A stretch of 64,000 nt of DNA from Candidatus Harrisonbacteria bacterium (GTDB taxonomy: Bacteria > Patescibacteriota > Minisyncoccia > UBA6257 > 1-14-0-10-44-23), in contig JAHFLF010000001.1 in assembly GCA_023255625.1 (NCBI GenBank), forward strand, positions 431,771-495,770. The letters run 5' to 3'. The notes beneath the pieces were generated by a model that was not told where the DNA came from, ran no database searches, and worked only from the letters and a program-made list of their open reading frames with translations. The position numbers were made by a program, and so were the translations under genes. Below are positions 19,053 through 28,053 of this stretch, one piece after another (the first letter of the stretch is position 1; the number at the start of each line of letters is the position of its first letter).

Positions 19053-19763
19053 ATGCTTAGCTGGAGCAATATCGGTGTCCCGGTGCAGGATGTTCAGGTA
19101 GTGGGGCCGGAAGTCTTCCTGAATGTCCCAGTATTCCGGCAGACGAGCGCTGCCGGAAGAGCTCGTCTTGCCGAATGCGGCTGTGTTCGGCGGCTGAACC
19201 GAGGAGAGAGGGTCTTCCGGATCGGCGATCCGGTGGAGAAGCTGGCCATCGTTCTGGATGGTCGCATCCAGTGCGGCCGCGAGAACCGCGGGCGACCATG
19301 GGTCAGCACCATCACGGAGGTTGGTGGAGTCGTGTCTCTCGCTGGATGCCTGGTCGGAGGGAATTGGCCGGCGGGTGCCATCGCGCTCACCGCGGCCTCG
19401 GTGGTGGAGATTCCTCGCGATGTCTTCATGACGCTGATTCACGAGGATCGTGAATTGGTAGAGGCGCTTCTCCTTGCGGTTGCACGGGAGGCGCTCGACG
19501 CCGAGGCGATGTGCGCGGCATTCGCACTTCAGACCCCAGAGCAGAGGGTCGCCGCGTTCCTGATTGGACTGGTAGGCGAGAGTGACTCTGCCGTGCTGCC
19601 AGATACACAGGCGCGCCTGGCTGCACAGCTCGGGACCGTTCGCGAGTGCTTTGGGAGGGCCATGCGCAGTCTCGTGGATAAAGGGGTGATCACTCGCTCG
19701 GGGATTTACGGCAAGAGCTTCCGGATCATCAACCGCGAGTATCTCGAGCTGCTCGCGAGCTGA
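19053..19763 (+). CDS. Crp/Fnr family transcriptional regulator
   Basis: cNMP-binding-like domain (GERVFRIGDP..IVLDG) and HTH TQARLAAQLGTVRECFGRAM; GGAGGA SD before ATG 19053; GC-rich. Confidence 0.85.
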   Translation: MLSWSNIGVPVQDVQVVGPEVFLNVPVFRQTSAAGRARLAECGCVRRLNRGERVFRIGDPVEKLAIVLDGRIQCGRENRGRPWVSTITEVGGVVSLAGCLVGGNWPAGAIALTAASVVEIPRDVFMTLIHEDRELVEALLLAVAREALDAEAMCAAFALQTPEQRVAAFLIGLVGESDSAVLPDTQARLAAQLGTVRECFGRAMRSLVDKGVITRSGIYGKSFRIINREYLELLAS

Positions 19764-19883
19764 TCTCGTAGCGCTCTGGGCTACACGCACAACTACGGGT
19801 TCGTAGCAGGTGGATGATCCACCGCTTTGAACCCGCGTTCTTTTTTACAAAAAATTCGATTCTTGCTAGGATAGCAGCACTTT

Positions 19884-20933
19884 ATGAGGAATCCTTTCAG
19901 GTTTTTTCGGCACAATATTGGTATTGATCTTGGTACAGCCAACACGCTTATTTATTTAAGCGGCCGGGGAATTGTCATCAACGAGCCGACTGCTGTGGCT
20001 GTTAATACAAAAACCAATAAAGTTGTTGCTATCGGACATGAGGCCAAGCAAATGCTCGGGCGAACGCCGCAACATATGAATGTGGTCAAGCCGCTTAGCG
20101 GTGGCGTGATCAGTGACTTTGAAATGGCGCAGGAGATTTTGCGGCAGTTTTTAAAAAAGTTGGCTAAAGATAATACTTTTGCTTATTACCAAAATGCGGT
20201 GGTTGGCGTGCCGGCTGATTTAACGGAAGTTGAACGCAAGTCGGTTGAGGACGCGGTTATCGGTGCCGGCGTGAGTCAGGCCTATGTGATTGAGTCGGCG
20301 CTGGCCTCGGCACTGGGTGCAAGACTACCGGTTGGCGACCCGGTTGCCAACATGATTATTGATATTGGCGGCGGCACAACAGAGATCGCGATTATTTCCA
20401 TGGGCGGCGCGGTAACCATCAAGAGTTTAAAAATTGGTGGCGATAAATTTAATGAGGATATCATTAAGTTTGTGCGGGACGAGTTCCAGTTGATTATCGG
20501 TGAGCCGACTGCCGAGCAGATTAAAATCGAGCTGGGCAGCGCTATTCCGATAAATGATAAGCTGGAGCTGGCTATATCCGGCCGCGATCTGCTGACTGGT
20601 TTGCCCAAAGAGGTCATTCTAAAAGATATGCATGTTCGTGCCGCAATTAATAAATCGCTGCGGCAGATTGTGGACGCTGCGAAAGAGGTGATTGAAAAGG
20701 CGCCGCCGGAGTTAGCCGGCGATCTGCTCCGGCGCGGAGTTTCGATGTGCGGCGGCGGCAGTTTATTGCGTGGAATCGATCAGCTGATGAGCAAGGAGCT
20801 GGCGACAACGGTCACGGTGGTTGACGATCCTTTAACTTGTGCGGCGCGCGGAGCCGGTATCGCCGTAGAAAATTTAGAAAAATACGATTATATTTTAAAT
20901 AGTCCGATGCGGCCGAGAGACATCAAATTGTAA
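19884..20933 (+). CDS. mreB: rod shape-determining protein MreB (paralog 2, in mreBCD-mrdA operon)
   Basis: IGIDLGTANT, DIGGGTTE, CGGGSLL. Confidence 0.95.
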   Translation: MRNPFRFFRHNIGIDLGTANTLIYLSGRGIVINEPTAVAVNTKTNKVVAIGHEAKQMLGRTPQHMNVVKPLSGGVISDFEMAQEILRQFLKKLAKDNTFAYYQNAVVGVPADLTEVERKSVEDAVIGAGVSQAYVIESALASALGARLPVGDPVANMIIDIGGGTTEIAIISMGGAVTIKSLKIGGDKFNEDIIKFVRDEFQLIIGEPTAEQIKIELGSAIPINDKLELAISGRDLLTGLPKEVILKDMHVRAAINKSLRQIVDAAKEVIEKAPPELAGDLLRRGVSMCGGGSLLRGIDQLMSKELATTVTVVDDPLTCAARGAGIAVENLEKYDYILNSPMRPRDIKL

Positions 20934-21032
20934 TTTTAAATTTCTAATTTCTAATTTTCAAACAATGATGCAATGTCTTAATTGGAAAATTTTAAAATTG
21001 TTTAGAAATTGTAAATTGTAAATTGAAAATTA
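20931..21032. repeat. gene-less inverted heptamer array (TTTCTAA/TTAGAAA type)
   Basis: tttctaatttctaattttcaaacaatg ... aaaattgtttagaaattgtaaattgtaaattgaaaatta; same arms as those flanking the gene at 34353. Confidence 0.85.
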
Positions 21033-21041
21033 TTGTACCCC

Positions 21042-21791
21042 ATGCCACGGTCTCCATTAATTATTGCCCTTGCAACTTTCAGCTTTCTTTTTGTTGTCGG
21101 GCAATTTTTTTTCGTGCCGAAAACTGCATTGAATTCAGTCGTGCTGACTGCGCTTTCTGCTCCGCGCGTTTTTTTTAGCGCATTGCGTAATAAACATAAG
21201 CTTGTAACTCAACTTAGTGATCTGGCCATAGAAAATCAGGCCTTGCGCGGGGAGCTGGCTGGCGCTCTTTCCCTGCCAAGAATTATTGAAGAGAGCAAAC
21301 AAGAGTATCTGCGGGCGATTGTCTATTCTTCTTATCCTTTAACCAGTGCTAAAACTCTGACGATCGGAGCTGGTGCAGCGCAGGGTGTTGGCTTAGGAAT
21401 GCCCGTGGTGGTTAAGCCGGGACTTTTTATCGGTGAGGTGTGGCGTGTTTTTGGACAGCAGAGTAGCGTGCATACCGTTTTTGACAGTGCGGAGTCTGCC
21501 ACCAGCACTGTTTGGCAACTTTCTGTTAAGGTCGGCAAAAATAATACAGATGCGCTGCTCATTGCCGGTCTTGAGCCGCGACTGACTATTATTTCCAGGA
21601 AAAAAGGTGTGACTGTTGGTGATGAGGTTCGGCTGGCCGGAAAACAGTATCCATATGGGCTCTCGATTGGCACAGTGGGCGCGGTCATTGACGATCCAGG
21701 GAATATTTTTTTGGAGGCGACTCTGGCTGTTCCCTATTCAATCGCCGATTTAGACGAGCTTTTTGTGATTCTACCAAAAAAGCCATTATAA
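21042..21791 (+). CDS. mreC: rod shape-determining protein MreC
   Basis: TM, coiled coil (ENQALR), G..QGV.LGMPVV, YPYGLSIGTV; operon position. Confidence 0.88.
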   Translation: MPRSPLIIALATFSFLFVVGQFFFVPKTALNSVVLTALSAPRVFFSALRNKHKLVTQLSDLAIENQALRGELAGALSLPRIIEESKQEYLRAIVYSSYPLTSAKTLTIGAGAAQGVGLGMPVVVKPGLFIGEVWRVFGQQSSVHTVFDSAESATSTVWQLSVKVGKNNTDALLIAGLEPRLTIISRKKGVTVGDEVRLAGKQYPYGLSIGTVGAVIDDPGNIFLEATLAVPYSIADLDELFVILPKKPL

Positions 21792-21799
21792 ATTCTGTT

Positions 21800-22267
21800 A
21801 TGACGAGCTCTTCCAGATTGACCGTAACCGCTTTCATGGCCATCGTGCTTGCATCCGCGCTTAGCCGAATGCCCATACTGACTATTGGGCCGGTTCAGCC
21901 AAATCTGGTGCTCATTGTACTTTTAGTTACGGGATTTTTTACCGGTAACGCATTTTTTTTCGGATTACTCGTGGCGCTTGCCGCAATGTTAGTTCGTCAG
22001 ACACCCGTCCTTTTTGATGTTTTTTCAGTCGGGACGGCGGTTTCTGCGTTTGCCGCTTTTTTCATTAAGCAACATGTTGTTTGGCCGGATCGCTTGGGCG
22101 TTGTGTTGCTCATAATCTGCGCAACATTTTTTTTACACCTGATCGTTGCGCCGGGTTTTATTTTGGCTCATTTTGGCATGTTTGCTCTTGAGGTTGTTTT
22201 GAGTATTGTAATCGGTTTAATTTTGTTCGAATTGTTCTCGTTAGTTGTGGGTCGGCGTCATGAGTAG
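21800..22267 (+). CDS. mreD: MreD-like membrane protein
   Basis: hydrophobic, PNLVLI motif, lies between mreC and mrdA. Confidence 0.7.
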   Translation: MTSSSRLTVTAFMAIVLASALSRMPILTIGPVQPNLVLIVLLVTGFFTGNAFFFGLLVALAAMLVRQTPVLFDVFSVGTAVSAFAAFFIKQHVVWPDRLGVVLLIICATFFLHLIVAPGFILAHFGMFALEVVLSIVIGLILFELFSLVVGRRHE

Positions 22268-22492
22268 TAGAGCTACGAATAACGAATTATTACGAAAGTA
22301 CGAATAATACGGGAATGACAAAAAAGCCCGAGAGCTACGAATAACGAATTATTACGAAAGTACGAATAATACGGGAATGACAAAAAAGCCCGAGAGCTAC
22401 GAATAACGAATTTTTACGAAAGTACGAATAATACGGGAATGACAAAAAAGCCCGAGAGCTACGAATAACGAACTAATTACGAAAGTACGAAT
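22268..22492 (+). repeat. tandem array of a 62-bp unit (3 full copies plus 1 partial)
   Basis: agagctacgaataacgaat..acgaaagtacgaataatacgggaatgacaaaaaagcccg starting at 22269, 22331, 22393, 22455. Confidence 0.92.
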
Positions 22493-22501
22493 TAAGAATC
22501 A

Positions 22502-24367
22502 ATGAGAAAAAAACCAGAATTACTTTTTGAAGAATTTGCCACTGACGCCCGCGGAACTAGCGAGATGGATTATTTGGAGGTTCCGGTAGCTTCTTCAATG
22601 TTTGCAATAGCGGGCATTGCGGTTTTGGTTATTTTAATCAGTCTGTTTTTGCGGATGTCCTATCTGAATATCGGTCAGAAGCAGTTTTATTCAGCGCGGG
22701 CGCAGCGCAATGTGAATTTGGAGCGGCCGTTACCTGCACAACGCGGAATAATTACCGACCGATACGGAGAGGTTTTGGCAAAAAATACCGACACATTCAG
22801 CGTTTTCGCGGATGCGGCCGCACTTTTAAAAGATCGCCAACTTTTGAGCGAGACATTTAGCCAGCTTTCTGATGCGCTGGGAGTTCCGGTTGAAGAGCTC
22901 GAGCAGACTTTAGCCGCCGGTGATTACGAGCAGGCGGCCGAGGTGCCGATTGTCCGCAATATTAGTCCGGAGCAGGCGATTGCAGTGCGAGGATTGAATT
23001 TAGGGACGATTACAGTAGCTAATGATCTTCGGCGTGAATATATTGATGGCGAGATTTTTGCGCAGGCGCTCGGTTATACTGGCGTTGATGATCGGCGCGG
23101 AGCGATTGTCGGTAGAGCCGGACTTGAGCGCTCTTATGACGAGGTGCTGCGCGGAAGCGACGGATCCTTTGTTACAAGCCGCGATGCTCGGGCCAATGTG
23201 CTGGATGAACACATTGCCGCCCAGCCAATTTCCGGAAAAAAGCTGGTCACGACGCTAGACGCCGGGCTGCAAAGATATTTTGATTCAAGATTGCGCAGCG
23301 GGCTTCGCTCGCTCGGCGTAACCGTTGGCGTTGGTGTTGCGATGGATCCTAAAACTGGCGAGGTGCTTTCACTTGTGAGTATTCCAAGCTATGACAACAA
23401 TCTTTTTGTGACACCTGGGAAAAGTAAAGAGCGAGCGGCTTTAGTCAATGATTCTGTGCGCAAACCGCTTTTTAACCGAGTTGTCTCTGGCGCATATAAT
23501 CCCGGCTCGACTATCAAACCGCTGGTCGCTTTAGCCGCGCTCCACGAGGGAGTAATTACGCCAACAACGCTGGTCTATTCAAAAGGATATATCGAGGTCC
23601 CTAATCCATATGTGCCAGATAAGCCGACTCGGTTTGTTGAGTTTAATCAGCAGGAGTTAGGGTTGCTCACAGTTCGCTCTGCGCTGGCGCGGTCAAGCAA
23701 TGTATTTTTTTACAGCGCCGGTGGTGGGTTTGGCGATATTAAAGGACTGGGAATTGAACGGCTTTATCAGTATTGGCAGCAATTTGGTTTTGGAAAAAAG
23801 ACCGGCATCGGTTTAGAGCCGGAACAGCCGGGTTTTCTGCCGACGATCGAAGAAAAAGAAACGAGAACCAGGCAGCCCTGGCGGCTTGGTGATACTTTCA
23901 ATGTATCTATCGGGCAGGGTGATTTATTGGTAACGCCGATACAACTGATAAATCAAATTGCTTCGATTGCTAACGACGGCCTACTTTTGAAACCGCGCCT
24001 GGTTCGTTCGGTTGGTGGTGCTGCCGCTTCGCCGCCGGAGATACTGGAAAATTATAGTAGTTGGCAAATGGAGCTGGGCGAGGTGCAAGCCGGTATGCGC
24101 GACGGCGTAGTTAAAGATTACGGCCGCTCTCACGCATTAGCCGATTTGCCTTTTAGCGCAGCCGCAAAAACCGGTAGTGCGCAGATCCAAAATAATACAA
24201 AAACCAACGCACTTTTTGTTGGTTATGCGCCATATGAGGATCCACGCATTGTTATTTTAGTACTGATTGAGAACGCAAAAGAGGGGAGTTTGAATGCAAT
24301 TCCTATTGCCAAAGATGTTCTGAATTGGTATTACGAAAATCGGCTGGGCAAGCAGGATACGGAATGA
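22502..24367 (+). CDS. mrdA: penicillin-binding protein 2 (class B)
   Basis: RGIITDRYG, GRAGLERSYD, PGSTIK (SxxK), SSN, KTGSAQ. Confidence 0.93.
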   Translation: MRKKPELLFEEFATDARGTSEMDYLEVPVASSMFAIAGIAVLVILISLFLRMSYLNIGQKQFYSARAQRNVNLERPLPAQRGIITDRYGEVLAKNTDTFSVFADAAALLKDRQLLSETFSQLSDALGVPVEELEQTLAAGDYEQAAEVPIVRNISPEQAIAVRGLNLGTITVANDLRREYIDGEIFAQALGYTGVDDRRGAIVGRAGLERSYDEVLRGSDGSFVTSRDARANVLDEHIAAQPISGKKLVTTLDAGLQRYFDSRLRSGLRSLGVTVGVGVAMDPKTGEVLSLVSIPSYDNNLFVTPGKSKERAALVNDSVRKPLFNRVVSGAYNPGSTIKPLVALAALHEGVITPTTLVYSKGYIEVPNPYVPDKPTRFVEFNQQELGLLTVRSALARSSNVFFYSAGGGFGDIKGLGIERLYQYWQQFGFGKKTGIGLEPEQPGFLPTIEEKETRTRQPWRLGDTFNVSIGQGDLLVTPIQLINQIASIANDGLLLKPRLVRSVGGAAASPPEILENYSSWQMELGEVQAGMRDGVVKDYGRSHALADLPFSAAAKTGSAQIQNNTKTNALFVGYAPYEDPRIVILVLIENAKEGSLNAIPIAKDVLNWYYENRLGKQDTE

Positions 24368-24391
24368 TTATTTTCAGGTAAAATCAATATT

Positions 24392-24850
24392 ATGGTTGAT
24401 CCGGAAATTTTGACGCTACTAACCGCCGCCGCACCAATTTCGGAGCTGCGCGGAGCAATTCCGCTAGGGATGAGTTTGGGGTTAACACCGGCCGCGGTTT
24501 ATTTTTGGGCTGTGCTCGGTAATATGCTGCCGATTCTGCCGCTACTTTTGTTTTTGAAGTACGGTTCTAGGTGGGCGATGGCACATCTGCCGATCATAAA
24601 AAGGATTTTGAATTGGGTTTTCGCTCGGACGCGGGCCAAGCATGGGCAAAAGTTCGAACAGATTGGTTTTTGGGCGCTCCTGGTCTTTGTGGCAATCCCT
24701 TTGCCTCTAACCGGCGGCTGGACCGGGGTTGTAATCGCGTATTTGATTGACATGCCGATAAAAAAAGCATTTTTTGCTATACTAGGAGGAGTGCTTCTGG
24801 CCGGGTTAGCCGTACTGGCTTTGACTTTTGGGTTAATAAAACTTTTTTAA
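24392..24850 (+). CDS. putative small multidrug export family membrane protein
   Basis: PISELRGAIPLG and FVAIPLPLTGGWTG. Confidence 0.85.
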   Translation: MVDPEILTLLTAAAPISELRGAIPLGMSLGLTPAAVYFWAVLGNMLPILPLLLFLKYGSRWAMAHLPIIKRILNWVFARTRAKHGQKFEQIGFWALLVFVAIPLPLTGGWTGVVIAYLIDMPIKKAFFAILGGVLLAGLAVLALTFGLIKLF

Positions 24851-24855
24851 TCGAT

Positions 24856-25602
24856 ATGAAACTATTAGTTGCAAACTGGAAGGAGAATCCGATTATGTTA
24901 GAAGATGCTTTAACGCTAGCAAAACAAGTTGACCATCAGGAGGTTGTTATTTGCCCGCCGCATATTTTTACCGCGGCAATCAGCAAGGTTCTAAAAAAAG
25001 CGTCCACAGGGGCTCAAGATGGATTTTATGAACCGCATGGGCCGTTTACCGGATATGTTTCGATGGCACAGCTCGCCGCTGTCGGGGTAAAACATGTTAT
25101 TATTGGTCACTCGGAAAGGCGGGCTCTCGGTGAGGAGGAAACTGTGATTGCCCGGAAGATAGCTGCCGCTTTTGAAGCCGGACTCACGCCGATAGTTTGC
25201 ATAGGAGAGACAGCCGAGGAGCATAAGCAGGGCAAGGTAAAGGAGGTTGTCGATCGACAGGTTCGCAGCGCATTTTCTCTTTTGCCCGCCGGGAGCGTGG
25301 CCACAAGCCGCGAAGCAATTATTTGTTATGAACCGGTTTGGGCGATCAGCACAAATCAAGTTCCGGGCATGGAAACTGCAGATACGCCGGAACAAGCCCA
25401 AACCGTAGCTCGTTATCTGGAGGGGATTGTGCGCGGCATGCCTGTAACTTCGCGTTTTATCTATGGCGGGTCGGTGAATCAAGAAAATCTGGCTGCGTTC
25501 CTGATTTGCCCGGAGTTTTCCGGTGTACTGGTGGGTGGTGCCAGTTTACGCGTCCCAGAGTTTAAGAAGATGATTAAAATTGCCGAGCATATTTTGATGT
25601 AA
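24856..25602 (+). CDS. tpiA: triosephosphate isomerase
   Basis: ANWK, IIGHSERR, YEPVWAI, YGGSV, LVGGASL. Confidence 0.96.
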   Translation: MKLLVANWKENPIMLEDALTLAKQVDHQEVVICPPHIFTAAISKVLKKASTGAQDGFYEPHGPFTGYVSMAQLAAVGVKHVIIGHSERRALGEEETVIARKIAAAFEAGLTPIVCIGETAEEHKQGKVKEVVDRQVRSAFSLLPAGSVATSREAIICYEPVWAISTNQVPGMETADTPEQAQTVARYLEGIVRGMPVTSRFIYGGSVNQENLAAFLICPEFSGVLVGGASLRVPEFKKMIKIAEHILM

Positions 25603-25678
25603 CGCTCCGCAAGATTTATCGTCTTAATATATACTTAGGGTATTCTCTGGATTATTAAATAATTACTAACTAAATTTT

Positions 25679-26452
25679 ATGGCAACACAAGATTATTCGG
25701 TTAAGGGGGTATTCTGGTATTTAGTTAACGGTGTTTTAGTTGTTACAACTGTTTTTGGTTTGATCGGTATCGGCACGATGGTACGGTACAGTAATGCAAT
25801 CGCTCCGACCCGGACAATCCAGGTCTCCGGTGAGGGTAAGCTGGATACGCGTCCGGATATTGCGACGATTACGGCTTCAGTAATAACTCGTGGTGCGGAT
25901 GCGGCCAAGGTACAGCAGGACGGTACAACTAAGATGAATTCTGTGATTGCTTTTGTGAAAGCCCAGGGTGTTAAGGAGCAAGATATTCAGACAACCAGTT
26001 ACAATGTTTATCCGACGAATCGTTGGGATCCAAAAAGCGGCGAACAGATTCTGACCGGCTATGAGGCAAGTCAAAGTATAACGATTAAAGTGCGCGGCAT
26101 CGATAAGAGTACAGATAAAGTTAATGCAATTGCCGGCGGTATAGTGCCTGCCGGAGCGAATCAAGTTTCCGGCGTTCAGTATATGATTGAGAATCCGGAG
26201 GTACAACGCGCAGCAGCCCGGGCGCAGGCCTTTGATAACGCGGCGATGAAAGCCAGAGAGATGGCCAAACAAAACGGAGTTCGTATTGCCCGAGTGATTA
26301 CCTTCTCGGAGTCGAATAGCTACGGCGGGCCAATCTATTACGATCGCGCTATGGTCGCCGGTAAAGCAGGCGAGGTTGCTCCGATGCCGACGATTGAGCC
26401 GGGGACAGAAGAGGTGCGGGTCAGTGTCAGTGTGACTTACGAAATCCGGTAG
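25679..26452 (+). CDS. SIMPL (DUF541) domain protein
   Basis: TIQVSGEG..PDIA, DIQT, IEPG.EEVRVSVSVTYEI. Confidence 0.88.
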   Translation: MATQDYSVKGVFWYLVNGVLVVTTVFGLIGIGTMVRYSNAIAPTRTIQVSGEGKLDTRPDIATITASVITRGADAAKVQQDGTTKMNSVIAFVKAQGVKEQDIQTTSYNVYPTNRWDPKSGEQILTGYEASQSITIKVRGIDKSTDKVNAIAGGIVPAGANQVSGVQYMIENPEVQRAAARAQAFDNAAMKAREMAKQNGVRIARVITFSESNSYGGPIYYDRAMVAGKAGEVAPMPTIEPGTEEVRVSVSVTYEIR

Positions 26453-27009
26453 AGCTACGGATAACGAATCAATCCGCCGGCTGGCGGAACGAAAGTACGA
26501 ATAAAGAAATGGAACTGGCGAAGGTGAAACGAAAGGATTTGATATACCCAGAACTAAGTTATCAGATTCTTGGTTGTGCCTTTGCTGTTTTCAATGAGAT
26601 TGGTCCAGGACAGCTAGAGAATGTGTATCATAAAGCGCTGATGATCGCGCTCAAAAATGATGGAGTCGGTGCGGTTACTCAAGCATATAGCTCTATTCAT
26701 TTTCAGGGCGAGGTAGTTGGCAAGAATTTTTTCGATATTCTTGTAGATGGGAAAATTATCGTTGAGCTAAAAAGGAATTCTTCCTTCTCACGCGACCATA
26801 TTGCGCAGGTTACGAGATATTTGAAAGCGAGTAATCTTACATTAGCTCTCTTAGTTAACTTTGGTACTAATGGTGTACAATGTAAGCGTATTTTGAATCT
26901 ATGAATTCGATTCGTGCTTTCGTAAAAATTCGTTATTCGTAGCTCTAGGGCTTTTTTGTTATCCCCGTATTATTCGTACTTTCGTAAAAATTCGTTATTC
27001 GTAGCTCTA
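26450..27009. mobile_element. inverted-repeat-bounded GxxExxY cassette 1
   Basis: TAGAGCTAC(g)ATAACGAAT starts on the SIMPL stop codon; ATTCGTTATTCGTAGCTCTA ends on the A of the next ATG. Confidence 0.75.
26509..26904 (+). CDS. GxxExxY protein (PD-(D/E)XK-like nuclease fold)
   Basis: GPGQLENVY, FDILVDGKIIVELK, Q..RYLKA, LLVNFG. Confidence 0.9.
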   Translation: MELAKVKRKDLIYPELSYQILGCAFAVFNEIGPGQLENVYHKALMIALKNDGVGAVTQAYSSIHFQGEVVGKNFFDILVDGKIIVELKRNSSFSRDHIAQVTRYLKASNLTLALLVNFGTNGVQCKRILNL

Positions 27010-27278
27010 TGCGTTTTTTCCTCGCACTCTTCCTAACAGTGATTGTTGTTTTCCTGGGTATCCAGGGATACCGGCTTTTCAAGCAGCAAAAAGAGTTTGC
27101 GGAGCGAGCCGCTACTCTTGAACAAGAGCAGAGCGGGCTTGCATCCGAAAATGCGAAGCTGAATCAGGATATTCAGTTTTATCAAAATTCGGAAAATGCG
27201 ACAAAGGAATTACAGTCAAAAGCAAATTATCGTAAGCCAGATGAAAAAATGATTATTTTGGTGCCGGCCGAGCCCTAA
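27009..27278 (+). CDS. septum formation initiator (FtsB/DivIC-like)
   Basis: TM, coiled coil, NYRKPDEKMII. Confidence 0.75.
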   Translation: MRFFLALFLTVIVVFLGIQGYRLFKQQKEFAERAATLEQEQSGLASENAKLNQDIQFYQNSENATKELQSKANYRKPDEKMIILVPAEP

Positions 27279-27365
27279 CTTTCTCTCGCGACGCTGTAGA
27301 TTTCATCTTGAGACCAATGCTTGCCATTTGAAGCCTAACGTTAGCATAACAAAAAACGAGAGATA

Positions 27366-27515
27366 GCCCGTGCTTCGCTTCCTTCTTCGCTAAAGCTTCG
27401 AAGGACAAGCAAGCTACGCAGGGCACTTCTTCGTTTGCATATTAAATTATTTGAAATGCGAACACTATTTTTTAATGTGCTTGCACTTCGTAGCTCCGAT
27501 AGGAGCGAAGAAGTG
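27366..27515. repeat. cluster of short REP-like palindromes downstream of tRNA-Gly
   Basis: cttcgctaaagcttcgaaggacaag; cacttcgtagctccgataggagcgaagaagtg. Confidence 0.55.
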
Positions 27516-27586
27516 AGCGGGCGAGGAGAATCGAACTCCCGTATATAGCTTGGGAAGCTATCGTACTACCACTGTACTACGCCCGC
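27516..27586 (-). tRNA. tRNA-Gly(CCC)
   Basis: GCGGGCGTAGTACAGTGGTAGTAC..ATAGC TT CCC AA GCTAT..GTTCGATTC..CGCCCGCT. Confidence 0.93.
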
Positions 27587-27864
27587 GGATAAAATTTTTT
27601 CAAATAGCCCTCCAGCCTTCGCGAAATATATCCTCGACCAAAACCAGTTTTCAACTGGAGTTCACGCTTCCGCGCATCAGTCTTATTCAAACATACTTCA
27701 TAATATACAAGATGAACAGTATCAAATTTTTTAGTTGTCTGCACATTCTTGTCGCGATGTGCCTGCAAACGTTCATCAAGATTGCTGGTGCTGCCAACAT
27801 AAAATTGGCGACTACCCCGACCCACATCGATGCACAAAAGAATGTAGGTATAGTAGAAATTCAT
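27577..27864 (-). CDS. GIY-YIG nuclease family protein
   Basis: YTYIL..FYVGST.NL.ERL..H, LVYYE, ARKRE.QLK; stop codon lies inside the tRNA-Gly 5' end. Confidence 0.9.
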   Translation of the reverse strand: MNFYYTYILLCIDVGRGSRQFYVGSTSNLDERLQAHRDKNVQTTKKFDTVHLVYYEVCLNKTDARKRELQLKTGFGRGYISRRLEGYLKKFYPRA

Positions 27865-27990
27865 ATTGATTATTTATTGCCCGCCAAAAGCTTCGCATTT
27901 AGGCGGGTCCGCCTTAATGTCCGCACGGCGGACCTTGGGCGGAGGAAGGTCGCGCCCGCCTGCAACGCCTGTGCGTAGCACTGCGGGCAG

Positions 27991-28014
27991 GTACTACCAC
28001 TGTACTACGCCCGC
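27991..28014 (-). repeat. 24-bp duplicate of the tRNA-Gly 5' end
   Basis: gtactaccactgtactacgcccgc is identical to 27563-27586. Confidence 0.9.
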
Positions 28015-28053
28015 AATGGTATGCTTACTATATCGTAATTTTTTTTCCAGTCA

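Noticed and set aside
18897-19790. 297-aa antisense ORF and the many other shadow ORFs in the track
   Set aside because: They lie opposite or out of frame to well-supported genes and have no motifs, which is expected in GC-rich coding DNA.
22268-22492. CRISPR array
   Set aside because: The ~62-bp period is CRISPR-like, but the would-be spacers are identical, no cas genes are in the window, and the unit matches the GxxExxY cassette arm.
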